Shown here: positions 10,481 to 19,525 of the stretch, piece by piece | Layout of the letters: each line of letters starts with the position of its first letter | Position numbering within the stretch: position 1 is the first letter of the stretch | Source: Candidatus Omnitrophota bacterium | GTDB taxonomy: Bacteria > Omnitrophota > Gorgyraeia > B26-G9 > JBDRCZ01 | Length of the DNA: 64,000 nucleotides | Reading direction: 5' to 3' | NCBI GenBank assembly: GCA_043821285.1 | Contig: JBDRCZ010000051.1 | Coordinates: 2,199 to 66,198 of the forward strand | Made by a program: the position numbers and the translations under genes | Notes under the pieces: model-generated | Told to the model about the DNA's origin: nothing | Seen by the model: the letters and a program-made list of their open reading frames with translations, nothing else | Databases searched by the model: none

Positions 10481-11283
10481 AGAAAACAAAATTTTTTACA
10501 AAAAAACTGCCTTTAATATTTTTTCTTACATTAATATTAAACTCTGCGTTTATTTTAGATGTTTTATCAATCGATGAGAGTGTTAGTAGAGATATTGTAA
10601 AGGTTATAAACAGTTATTGCAATGCGTGGATTAGAGGCAATGCAAAAGAAATGTATCAATTTCTAATCCGGCCGACCGTGTTAACAGAAGAAGAATACGT
10701 GAAAGACTGGGAAGGGAAGCTCGATGATGGTAAACGTCCAATAAAAATCATTAATATTAATGACGTTAAGTATATAAATAATACAAGCTATAGTATTGTT
10801 GTAACCTTAGAAGTTCCTCCAAGCTGGTATAAACCATGTAATGCAGCGCAATTTGAATACTTTTTAGAACTTGGCATAGATGACGAATGGGGCATAACAG
10901 GTAGTCGCGAACTTGTTGTTAAAAAAGAAGTAAATATTGCAGAATTAAAAGAAATTGTTCGTAAAGAGATAGAGTTTTGGATGGCAGGAGATGTGCACGC
11001 GATGTATCAATTAGGTACCAAACCGATTACCTTACCGGAAGAGCAATTTGTAAAAGATATGGCAGAAGGGCTTAAACCTGAAAATCGTCCAAAAAAGATA
11101 ATATCCATAAGTGAACCAGAACATGTGAAAGGAAATATGTACAGTGTAATTGCGAAATTGGCGGTGCCTGAGAGTTGGATTAAGCCGGATAATGCAGCAA
11201 AAATTAAGTATTTTTTATTACCGGGAGCAGATAATAAATGGGGACTAACCGGTCAAACAGAGCTATCATTGTCTCTAAAATAA
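10477..11283 (+). CDS. Secreted protein with a tandemly duplicated ~110-aa domain
   Basis: GTG start overlapping the upstream stop (GTGA). Signal peptide. Two internal repeats: EMYQFLIRPTVLTEEEYVKD...WGITGSRELVVKKE versus AMYQLGTKPITLPEEQFVKD...WGLTGQTELSLSLK. Confidence 0.55.
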   Translation: MKKTKFFTKKLPLIFFLTLILNSAFILDVLSIDESVSRDIVKVINSYCNAWIRGNAKEMYQFLIRPTVLTEEEYVKDWEGKLDDGKRPIKIININDVKYINNTSYSIVVTLEVPPSWYKPCNAAQFEYFLELGIDDEWGITGSRELVVKKEVNIAELKEIVRKEIEFWMAGDVHAMYQLGTKPITLPEEQFVKDMAEGLKPENRPKKIISISEPEHVKGNMYSVIAKLAVPESWIKPDNAAKIKYFLLPGADNKWGLTGQTELSLSLK

Positions 11284-11297
11284 TGCAAAAAATATAA

Positions 11298-11540
11298 ATG
11301 AAGAATAATAACAAAATTACAGAAACGGTTATTTTTATTTTAGCATTTATTTTTATTCAGATAATACAGTTAAATAAAAGTTTTCAAGATTTATTTACTC
11401 AATATTTGTCTAAAAATAAAGATAGAAGTAAACAAGAAACCATTGAGTCAATTCGTGTTATTTTAACTTTGTCTGGAGTAAATGCTGCGATAAGTAAAAG
11501 CAGTGGTTGCGGCATGGCTGCAGATTGTATTGGATGTTAG
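11298..11540 (+). CDS. Small membrane-anchored Cys-rich protein; C-terminus GCGMAADCIGC
   Basis: 80-aa ORF with an N-terminal TM helix. It overlaps the start of the SPASM gene by 34 nt in another frame. Coding status is uncertain. Confidence 0.3.
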   Translation: MKNNNKITETVIFILAFIFIQIIQLNKSFQDLFTQYLSKNKDRSKQETIESIRVILTLSGVNAAISKSSGCGMAADCIGC

Positions 11541-12325
11541 TAGAAAACTCAATAAAAAGATTAATATCTATCGGAAAAACTCCTGGGATTAGAGTAACTC
11601 TTACTGATCATAACCAGAATAGGATTGTAGAATCCATAGATTACTTAAAAAAGTTAGGAATACGTTCAGCTGCCTTTATTCCGATGGAAATACCTTTTTA
11701 TTTAGAAGACAATATAGCTCAGCTGGCAACGGATCCTGAGATAGTATATAATGAATATATTAGGGCTTATGAATATACATACAGATTATATTGTAATGAG
11801 GGGTATGCCTTCCATCTTTTGCCGATAACCATGATTTTAGAAGGAGTGATGTCCGGAGGAAGGTTTCAAGGTTGTGGGATGGGAAGAGGTTTTTTTTCGA
11901 TAGGTACTAGTGGAAATATACATTCATGTCAAAGAGTGAGAACAGATGAATTTTATATAGGAAATATATACGATAATGATATTTTTTATAAACTTGATAA
12001 TGTGCCGGAAAGTAAAAAAGGAAATAGCGTTTTGTCAGCATTGCTTAGTGAACGAACTACTGATGTAAAAGGCAATTCTTGTGCTAATTGTGAAGTTTTA
12101 GCGTTTTGTGCGGGAGGTTGTGCTGCCGCTGCCTGGGCGCAGTTTAAAGATAAGGACATAGGGTCCCCTAATATTAATGACTCGATGTACCATGAAAAAT
12201 GTTATTATACAAAGAAATTGATAAAAAGGCTTTTTTGGGATTATATTGAACGTCCAAAGAAAGATGACAAATATTTCAAATATCTTTCAACTATTGCGCC
12301 AATAAGACGAAATTTTTGGATGTAA
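11507..12325 (+). pseudogene. Radical SAM / SPASM-domain maturase, 5'-truncated (no CxxxCxxC cluster motif)
   Basis: Complete SPASM/twitch signature CGMGRGFFSIGTSGNIHSC ... CANCEVLAFCAGGC ... HEKC. The upstream rSAM-barrel-like segment is present but the N-terminal ~100 aa with the SAM-cluster cysteines is absent. The frame is closed by a stop at 11495. Confidence 0.6.
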
Positions 12326-12465
12326 ACAACGTTTTTTTATCATTAAACAGTTCCGCTATACGGTTATGCAGTTCAAAACATTTAATGTTTATTGGATGAG
12401 ATTTACATGAACTGATTGCACAGTTAAATGCACAAAAGGAACTGTTAGGACAAACATTTGCAGAA

Positions 12466-12560
12466 ATGGATAAAAAAAATTCCGGTGCTGCGGAGCAGTA
12501 TTAGCTTGGCATAATGCTCTGTAGCCTTGCTGGAGAATGGTCAAACTGCAGAAAATTATT
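12466..12560 (+). repeat. ~95-bp intergenic repeat family (GGATAAAAAATTCCGGTGCTGC...CTGTAGnCTTGCT...GGTCAA)
   Basis: Near-identical copy at 21906-22000 and a partial copy at 63648-63708. Confidence 0.7.
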
Positions 12561-12583
12561 TATTTGGTATTATTTAACAAGTT

Positions 12584-13438
12584 ATGAAAAGTATTCGCTT
12601 GCTTGCCCCGGCAAAGATAAATTTGTATTTAGATATAGTTGGCCGCCGCCGGGATGGCTATCATAATATTTTAACTTTTTTGCATAAAATTAATTTAGCA
12701 GATACGATTGAACTAAAGCCGCGGCAGCAGAAGATTGTGGTGAAATGTAGTCATGCACATGTGCCCAGTGGCCGGACAAATCTTGTGTATAAAGCCGCGA
12801 GGATGCTTCAGCAGAAGACGTGTACAAATTTTGGTGCGGAGATTAAAATAATAAAAAGGATTCCTCCAGCCAGTGGGTTAGCAGGAGGTTCCAGTGATGC
12901 GGCAAGTGTGCTTTTAGGGTTAAACCGGTTATGGAAGCTAAAGATTCCGGCAAAAACGCTTGAACTCTGGGCAGCAGAGATTGGTGCAGATGTTCCATTT
13001 TTTGTTAGCAGATATAATTCAGCTATTGCTCGCGGCATTGGAGATAAACTTCGGCCGATAGACACCACGGCAAAATACTGGGTTGTCCTGGCAGTTCCGC
13101 ATAGAAGGATTTCTACAAAAAAAATTTACCGTCTGTTAAAACAAATCTTGACAAAGAGACCGGGTAATGTTAAACTAATCATTCACGCCTTCAAGCATAA
13201 AGACTTAGAAACGTTATCGGTCTATTTGTATAATGCATTGGAACATATAACACTTAAGCGGTGTAAAGAGACCGGGAAGATTAAGTCGCTGTTTAGTCTT
13301 TTAGGTTGTAAGGTAGCACTTATGTCCGGCAGCGGCCCAACAGTATTTACACTAACAACATCAAGGGGGGAGGCGAGGAGAATAGCACAGAGCACGAGTT
13401 CAGAGAAGTGCGAGACATTTGTCGTAAGAAGCTTGTAG
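12584..13438 (+). CDS. ispE: 4-diphosphocytidyl-2-C-methyl-D-erythritol kinase
   Basis: N-terminal LLAPAKINLYLDIVGRRRDGYH and the GHMP kinase motif PPASGLAGGSSDAA. Confidence 0.9.
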   Translation: MKSIRLLAPAKINLYLDIVGRRRDGYHNILTFLHKINLADTIELKPRQQKIVVKCSHAHVPSGRTNLVYKAARMLQQKTCTNFGAEIKIIKRIPPASGLAGGSSDAASVLLGLNRLWKLKIPAKTLELWAAEIGADVPFFVSRYNSAIARGIGDKLRPIDTTAKYWVVLAVPHRRISTKKIYRLLKQILTKRPGNVKLIIHAFKHKDLETLSVYLYNALEHITLKRCKETGKIKSLFSLLGCKVALMSGSGPTVFTLTTSRGEARRIAQSTSSEKCETFVVRSL

Positions 13439-13553
13439 CTAATAGTAGACAGCCGGTACATGCAAGCGTACCTTAAAAGAGAATTGTTACTGCGATGTTT
13501 TTTCAATGGTTTCTTCGGCTGCCTACAACAACATGGAAAAAGGAGTGAGTTCA

Positions 13554-13976
13554 ATGGAGATTACCGAGGTGAGAGTGTTTTTGAAAACAAGTCCGGATAA
13601 AAAATTAAAGGCATATACCACAATAACATTAGATAATGCCTTTGTTGTTCGAGATATTAAGGTCATTGAAGGCAGTAAAGGATTATTTGTCGCGATGCCT
13701 TCAAGAAAGCTAAAAAATCAATGTGCAAAATGCGGATATAGAAATGTTGTTCGCAGCAAGTTTTGCAACCAATGCGGCTCAGCACAAGACACTTATTCGA
13801 GTAAGCCCGCAGTAACCCCGGAAGAACAGCGTCAGTCAGAACACCGCGATATTGCCCACCCAATTACGCCAGAATGCCGTGAATATATCCAGCGCAAAGT
13901 CTTAGAAGCTTATGATCTGGAAAAGAAAAAGGCCCCTGGGGTGACGGTTGTGTCTGAAGAAGAGGTAGAAGAATAA
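13554..13976 (+). CDS. spoVG: SpoVG-family protein with an inserted 4-Cys zinc ribbon
   Basis: MEITEVRV...TITLDNAFVVRDIKVIEGSKGLFVAMPS and RDIAHPIT match the SpoVG core. The insert reads CAKCGYRNVVRSKFCNQCG. An AGGAG RBS sits 8 nt before ATG 13554. The ORF track started at 13506. Confidence 0.85.
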   Translation: MEITEVRVFLKTSPDKKLKAYTTITLDNAFVVRDIKVIEGSKGLFVAMPSRKLKNQCAKCGYRNVVRSKFCNQCGSAQDTYSSKPAVTPEEQRQSEHRDIAHPITPECREYIQRKVLEAYDLEKKKAPGVTVVSEEEVEE

Positions 13977-14146
13977 CCCGGGCAAAAAGGGTGTGGCAAA
14001 GAGGCATGCCTTTATGACAGCGTAAAATTAGCTATGCTAATTTTGTTTTTGCCGGTCAAGGTGTGTAGTAGAAAAAACCTGGCATATTTTGTATAAAGAT
14101 ACCGGGGCAAGTGCTTTTATATTAGTGAAAACTACAAAATATGGTT

Positions 14147-14220
14147 TGCCCGGTAGTGTAATGGTAACACATCAGATTTTGGTTCTGAGTTTCGAGGTTC
14201 GAATCCTCGCCGGGCAGCCA
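14147..14220 (+). tRNA. tRNA-Gln (anticodon UUG), CCA encoded
   Basis: Cloverleaf folds by hand: acceptor TGCCCGG/CCGGGCA, anticodon stem UCAGA/UCUGA with loop UUUUGGU, T-arm CGAGG-TTCGAAT-CCTCG, discriminator G plus CCA. Confidence 0.85.
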
Positions 14221-14477
14221 GTTCAGCAAATTGCAAATAATAAGTAGCAAATGGTAATTGACAAAGAGGATGAGAACCTAAAAGGGGATTTTAAGGGGAA
14301 AGATTGTTTCCCTTTATCCGCGTACTGGAATATCCTTGCGGAAGGAAGGAAAATATTAAAAGGAAACAATCAGAGTTTCTTTTTAAGGAGCGAAATCGAA
14401 GAGAGCCCGTCATGCTTTATGGCGGGACGAAGCTGCTGAATAGCAGCGGAGTGTTGAGCGACAGGTTCAAGCACGAA

Positions 14478-14500
14478 GTGCGGAATCCTCGCAGGGCAGC
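14478..14500 (+). repeat. Direct repeat of the tRNA-Gln 3' end (att-like)
   Basis: ggaatcctcgcagggcagcca versus cgaatcctcgccgggcagcca at 14200-14220. Confidence 0.6.
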
Positions 14501-14587
14501 CAATTTTTGGCGATGCCAAAAATTGGCAGAGTCCGCCTAAGGCGGACGGTCTAATGTTCTATTGTTTATGGCTCAAAAAGGTGATTT

Positions 14588-14716
14588 ATGCCTTTCATGT
14601 TCGAAAACCTTGAAGTTTATCAGAAAGCAATCGGAAATCTTACAGAAAGGTTTACAAAAGGCAATTATTATCTTATATGTGAGAATAAGATAGCAGGTAA
14701 AGCGAAGGAATTATGA
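14588..14716 (+). pseudogene. Four-helix-bundle (23S rRNA IVS) family protein, truncated to 42 aa
   Basis: MPFMFENLEVYQKAIGNLTERF matches the family N-terminus. It stops after 42 codons, and its TGA overlaps the ATG of the methyltransferase (ATGA). Confidence 0.45.
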
Positions 14717-15855
14717 AAACGAGCGAACAGGCTATAGATTTGTTTGTAGATTTAGAAAAAGAACAGTATGACTGGAAGAAAGATATTATTATTAATAAGT
14801 CTAAACTGTTGGAAAAGATCAAAGAAATCACACAGATAGATGCGCCCATTCAACTGAAAAGAAATATAGCTTTTATTAAATCAGTAATTAATTATCCTAA
14901 AAATGATAGAGATGGTTTAGTTAATATAGATCAGAATGGCGATACTACGGTTTTGAAGAAAGGGACTCTCCTTGAAGAGTTAAATCAAATTGAAGAAGCC
15001 CAAACAGTAGAAAGAGCAAGATATTATCTCCATCGGTTAAGAAAGGGCATAAGTGAAATAAAAACTAGTAAAATTAATGACATAAATCTCAATCGCTGGA
15101 AGGAGTATCAAAATATTTTAACTGATAGTTTATGGATTTTAGAGAGAAGAGATGATTCGGGTGTTCATGCGGGCTGGTACTGGGGTAATTTTATCCCGCA
15201 AATACCACATCAGTTAATGATGCGGTATACAAAAAAAGGCGATTGGGTTCTTGATCCATTTTTAGGTAGTGGCACGACTTTAATTGAGTGTCGGCATTTA
15301 GGCAGAAACGGGATTGGGGTTGAATTAAATCCAGAAACCGCGAGAAAAGCGAAAGATTTAATCGAAAGAGAAAACAACAGTGAAAATATTACTACTGAAG
15401 TTGGAGCCGGAGATAGCAGAAAAATAAATTTTAAAGAACTTTTAGATAAACAAGGAGTTAAGCAAGTTCAACTTATTATTATGCATCCGCCATATCACGA
15501 CATAATTAAGTTTAGTAGAGAAACAGAAGATTTATCTAACGCCGCAACCACGGAAGATTTCATAGAAATGTTTGATGAGGTTTTAGATAACACTGCCCCG
15601 CTTTTAGAGAAAGGCAGATATCTTGGGATAGTTATCGGAGATAAATATTATAAAGGTACTTGGATCCCCTTATGTTTTTATATTATGAATGAAGTTTTAA
15701 AAAAGGATTTTACCCTTAAAAGTATAATTGTTAAAAACTTTGAAGAAACAAGAGGAAAGAGGAATCAAAGAGAGTTATGGCGCTATCGAGCATTGGTGGG
15801 CGGTTTTTATATTTTCAAACACGAGTATATTTTATTATTTAAAAAAGGGAAGTAG
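14713..15855 (+). CDS. DNA N6-adenine/N4-cytosine methyltransferase (type II R-M, M subunit)
   Basis: Motif I DPFLGSGTT and motif IV HPPY (N6_N4_Mtase family). Low-GC coding style relative to its neighbours. Confidence 0.8.
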   Translation: MKTSEQAIDLFVDLEKEQYDWKKDIIINKSKLLEKIKEITQIDAPIQLKRNIAFIKSVINYPKNDRDGLVNIDQNGDTTVLKKGTLLEELNQIEEAQTVERARYYLHRLRKGISEIKTSKINDINLNRWKEYQNILTDSLWILERRDDSGVHAGWYWGNFIPQIPHQLMMRYTKKGDWVLDPFLGSGTTLIECRHLGRNGIGVELNPETARKAKDLIERENNSENITTEVGAGDSRKINFKELLDKQGVKQVQLIIMHPPYHDIIKFSRETEDLSNAATTEDFIEMFDEVLDNTAPLLEKGRYLGIVIGDKYYKGTWIPLCFYIMNEVLKKDFTLKSIIVKNFEETRGKRNQRELWRYRALVGGFYIFKHEYILLFKKGK

Positions 15856-15858
15856 TAG

Positions 15859-17013
15859 ATGACAACGCATGTTTTTATTGTTGATTTTGTAACTTTTAAA
15901 TATCACTTAGAATACTTATTTGCTGGTACCGGAGCAAAAGATAATGTCATTGATTTTAATGCAAAATCCAGCACGTCGTTAAAGCCTATGACTGAAAATA
16001 ATTTAGTAGGAATGATTGCGGATTCGCAAAGAATAAGAACAGGCGATTATATAATTTTCTATTTACAACAAGATATGTCCGAAGGCATTTATGAAGGCAA
16101 GTTTTACGGTATATTTAAGGCTAAAGAAGACCTGTCGTTTTTAGACAACAATGATAAGAATCAATTTCTCAAAAAAGAATTAATAAAGTCATTAACTTTC
16201 AGAACTCTTATAGAACCCTATGAAGTTTATGCTGTAGGTGTTACAGAATGGGAAGCGTTAGATGAAATAAAGTTTATACAGTCACCTAACCAGATGCTTT
16301 GGAGTCTTATTTATAGAAAATTAAAAGTGAATAGAGGCAACACGATGATAACCATTTATGAAAGCGATAGACTTTTTAAGCTATTGCGCGATAAAAATAA
16401 TAGAAAAACGCTCGATAGTCAAAATCTTACATATGACAATGTAACACGAGAAATAAAGCCAAGTAATGACAAAAATGTTTATTTGGGGAGAAAAGTAGCG
16501 ATAGACATCTTAACTCGATTAGTAAGAAAGCATAATGAAGGAAAAGCATTTGAGATGCATTTACAAGCTTATGTAATTCAGAATATTGACAGGAATAAAA
16601 ATAAAACTTTAGACGTCTGTTTGCTTGATAGCTTATCACTGGAATGGATTGGTAATGAGGTTTCTTGCGGCGTAGGAATGCAAAGAATAGACGTCATGCT
16701 CTCGGTTTTTAAGGAGAATTCAAGAATAATTATCCCTATAGAATTAAAAGCGGTCGAAGCAGATGAAAAAAATATTTCCCAGATTCAAAGATATGTCGAC
16801 TGGCTCGAGCAATATTACATTCCTAACAGGATCAGTGATACACAACCGGTATTAATTTCAAAGAAGATTGAAAACAAAACAACAGCTTCATATAAAAATA
16901 TTATCAAAACTTTCGAAGAGTTTAATAAAAAGAATACCAGATGCTTGCCTTTGAAATTTATAGAGTATGAGTTAGCCAGTAATAATTTATATTTTAAAGA
17001 AGAAAAGTATTAA
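15859..17013 (+). CDS. Putative cognate type II restriction endonuclease
   Basis: Lies 4 nt downstream of the MTase. Candidate PD-(D/E)xK core RIDVMLSVFKENSRIIIPIELK. No other recognisable domain. Confidence 0.45.
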   Translation: MTTHVFIVDFVTFKYHLEYLFAGTGAKDNVIDFNAKSSTSLKPMTENNLVGMIADSQRIRTGDYIIFYLQQDMSEGIYEGKFYGIFKAKEDLSFLDNNDKNQFLKKELIKSLTFRTLIEPYEVYAVGVTEWEALDEIKFIQSPNQMLWSLIYRKLKVNRGNTMITIYESDRLFKLLRDKNNRKTLDSQNLTYDNVTREIKPSNDKNVYLGRKVAIDILTRLVRKHNEGKAFEMHLQAYVIQNIDRNKNKTLDVCLLDSLSLEWIGNEVSCGVGMQRIDVMLSVFKENSRIIIPIELKAVEADEKNISQIQRYVDWLEQYYIPNRISDTQPVLISKKIENKTTASYKNIIKTFEEFNKKNTRCLPLKFIEYELASNNLYFKEEKY

Positions 17014-17206
17014 GATTGGTTGATAATTAGGTTGATGGTTTTAACCCCGTGGTTTACCTAAATATAAATATCCCTTTGCCACGGTTGACTATAATTTTAT
17101 GACTAATTGGCAACATTGATTCTTTGATTTTCGGTTGATGACAACTTTCTTTCTTTTGGTTCTACCTTTTCTTTTTAAGAAAAGGTAGAGCAAAATATCC
17201 GCCTAA

Positions 17207-17279
17207 TAAACTGGCGGATTAAATTCCGACAAATAATTTACATCGCCTATAGCTCTGTAAATTATGTCGTTATTTAAGG
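17207..17279 (+). repeat. Structured intergenic element, copy B (upstream of glmU)
   Basis: Hairpin atccgcc-taataaact-ggcggat, then taaattccgac, then a second hairpin cgacaaataatttaca.../tgtaaattatgtcg, then ttatttaagg. Confidence 0.7.
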
Positions 17280-17314
17280 TAGATGGCAAAATTAGTGCCG
17301 AAGGCAATAATTTT

Positions 17315-18580
17315 ATGAAAAACATTACCGCGATAATATTAGCTGCAGGAGAAGGTACGCGGATGTATTCACAGCGGCCGAAAATTTTGCATAAGATTTG
17401 CGGTCAGCCGATGATTGATTATGTTGTAAATGCGGTCAGGGGTATTGGGATTAAAAAGATTATTATTGTTGTCGGACATAAATCTCAACTGGTAGAAGAC
17501 CACCTTAGTAAAGATGTCATCACGGTAAAACAGAAAAAACTGTTAGGTACCGGTGATGCGGTAATGAGCGCAAAATCCAATATCGGGCTGGATGATGAGC
17601 TGCTTATTCTTTATGGCGATACCCCGCTGGTAACCAGTGAGACCTTGAAAGAGCTTCTAAAAAAACACCGTGAGACCGCAGCAGCGTGCACTCTTTTAAC
17701 CGCGGTAATAAAAAATCCTTCCGGCTATGGACGGGTTTTACGTGATGATAGCGGAAAAATCCAGCGCATTGTTGAAGAAAATGATGCAACCTTGTTTCAA
17801 AAGGTTGTGGAAGAAATAAACGTAGGGGTATATTTCTATAAAGCCAAAGACCTGTTTGAAGCATTAGCAAAAATCCGGCCGTTGAATAAAAAAAATGAGT
17901 ATTATTTAACCGATACAATTTCTTTACTGATTAAAAAAAATAAACAGATTGCCTCGATACGAACAGAAAATAATGATGAAATTTTAGGGATTAATTCCCG
18001 GCGTGAACTCTCAGTTGCCAGCCGGATTATTAAGATGTGCTTGATTGAAAAAATAGTTGATTGTGGGGTAACCGTAGTTGACCCGGATAATACCTATATT
18101 GAAGTTAATGTAACAGCTTCGAAAGATACGGTTATTTATCCATTTACCTACATCGAACAAGACGTTACTATTGGTAAAAATTGTATCATCGGGCCGTTTG
18201 TTAGAATTAGGCGGGGGACGACGATTGGTAATGACACCATAGTCGGTAATTTCGTTGAGCTCAACCGTTCGGAAATTGGCAATCAATGCCGGATAAAACA
18301 TCAAAGCTATTTAGGCGATACGTTATTAGAGGATGAAGTGAATATTGGTGCGGGAACAGTGGTCGCTAATTATGACGGAAAGAATAAACATAAGACGAAG
18401 ATAAAAAAAGGTGCCTTTATTGGCTGCGGGACGATTCTTGTTGCTCCGGTGACCATAGGTAAATCTGCGGTTACCGGTGCGGGTACCGTAGTGCCGAAAA
18501 ACAAGGATGTTGCGGATAACACCGTGGTTGTTGGTGTGCCGGCACGGACGCTAAAGAAGAAGGAAAATGGCAATGCGTAA
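17315..18580 (+). CDS. glmU: Bifunctional GlcNAc-1-P uridyltransferase / glucosamine-1-P acetyltransferase
   Basis: N-terminal AIILAAGEGTRM nucleotidyltransferase motif and C-terminal left-handed beta-helix hexapeptide repeats. ATG at 17315 is preferred over the ORF-track start at 17264. Confidence 0.9.
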   Translation: MKNITAIILAAGEGTRMYSQRPKILHKICGQPMIDYVVNAVRGIGIKKIIIVVGHKSQLVEDHLSKDVITVKQKKLLGTGDAVMSAKSNIGLDDELLILYGDTPLVTSETLKELLKKHRETAAACTLLTAVIKNPSGYGRVLRDDSGKIQRIVEENDATLFQKVVEEINVGVYFYKAKDLFEALAKIRPLNKKNEYYLTDTISLLIKKNKQIASIRTENNDEILGINSRRELSVASRIIKMCLIEKIVDCGVTVVDPDNTYIEVNVTASKDTVIYPFTYIEQDVTIGKNCIIGPFVRIRRGTTIGNDTIVGNFVELNRSEIGNQCRIKHQSYLGDTLLEDEVNIGAGTVVANYDGKNKHKTKIKKGAFIGCGTILVAPVTIGKSAVTGAGTVVPKNKDVADNTVVVGVPARTLKKKENGNA

Positions 18581-19511
18581 TGATATTGTTATTTTTTCTG
18601 GCAATTCTAATATTAAACTGGCGGAAGATATTTGCAGGTATTTAGGTATCGAACTGGGTGCGGCAATCGTCGATAGGTTTAGTGAGGGAGAAATAAGAGT
18701 AAAAATAGATCACAATGTCCGCGGCAAAGATGTGTTTGTAATACAGCCGACTTCTCCGCCGGTCAATGATAATCTGATGGAGCTTTTAATATTACTTGAT
18801 GCCTTAAAACGGGCATCCAGCGGGAGACTAACCGCGGTTATTCCTTTTTACGGGTATGCACGCCAGGACAGAAAAGATCAGCCGCGGGTGCCGATTACGG
18901 CCAAACTTGTGGCTAATCTATTAACAACAGCAGGAGCGGATAGAATTTTAACAATGGATTTGCATGCCGGACAAATCCAGGGATTTTTCGATATCCCGGT
19001 AGATCATCTTTTTGCTGCGCCGGTATTGGTTAAATATTTTGAGAAACTTAAAGGGCCGGATTTGGTTATTGCCGCGCCTGATGTTGGCGGGGTTAAAATG
19101 GCCAGGGCATTTGCCAAACGTCTGGAAGCCGGACTGGCAATTGTTGACAAAAGGCGTATTGATGCCCAAAGCGCAGAAGTGATGAATGTCCTGGGTGACA
19201 TTAAAAATAAACGGGTTATTATTGCGGATGATATGATTGCCACTGCGGGTTCTTTGACGGAAGCGGCAATTGTTTTAAAGGAAAAAGGGGCAGAGGAAGT
19301 CTATGCCGGGGTGTCGCATGGCGTATTTTCCGGACCGGCAATAGAAAGAATTACAAAATGTCCATTAAAAGAAGTTGTGATTACCGACAGCATTTTATTT
19401 GACGATGGTAAACAGCATTTTAAGATCAAGGTATTATCAATAGCAGAGCTTTTGGGTGAAGCGATAAAACGTATACATGAGGAGGAATCTGTAAGTTCGC
19501 TGTTTATTTAA
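18567..19511 (+). CDS. prs: Ribose-phosphate pyrophosphokinase
   Basis: Classic Prs N-terminus and the PRPP-binding loop. Confidence 0.9.
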   Translation: MAMRNDIVIFSGNSNIKLAEDICRYLGIELGAAIVDRFSEGEIRVKIDHNVRGKDVFVIQPTSPPVNDNLMELLILLDALKRASSGRLTAVIPFYGYARQDRKDQPRVPITAKLVANLLTTAGADRILTMDLHAGQIQGFFDIPVDHLFAAPVLVKYFEKLKGPDLVIAAPDVGGVKMARAFAKRLEAGLAIVDKRRIDAQSAEVMNVLGDIKNKRVIIADDMIATAGSLTEAAIVLKEKGAEEVYAGVSHGVFSGPAIERITKCPLKEVVITDSILFDDGKQHFKIKVLSIAELLGEAIKRIHEEESVSSLFI

Positions 19512-19525
19512 GGAATAATTTTAAT

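Noticed and set aside
11298-11540. Treating the 80-aa ORF as the missing radical-SAM N-terminus (its CGMAADCIGC as the SAM cluster)
   Set aside because: The spacing is C-x5-C-x2-C, not C-x3-C-x2-C. The preceding sequence is a TM helix, not a rSAM beta-alpha core. It is in a different frame, with stops in all frames upstream of 11507.
14420-14500. Possible second tRNA gene downstream of tRNA-Gln
   Set aside because: Only the last ~21 nt resemble a tRNA 3' end (acceptor/T-arm). I could not fold a complete cloverleaf (no matching 5' acceptor strand, D-arm or anticodon arm). Interpreted as an att-like duplicate rather than a functional tRNA.
14251-14540. ORFs 14251-14439 and 14304-14540 between the tRNA and the R-M genes
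   Set aside because: Short, overlapping each other, no RBS or motifs. They sit in the att-repeat spacer and are more likely non-coding.
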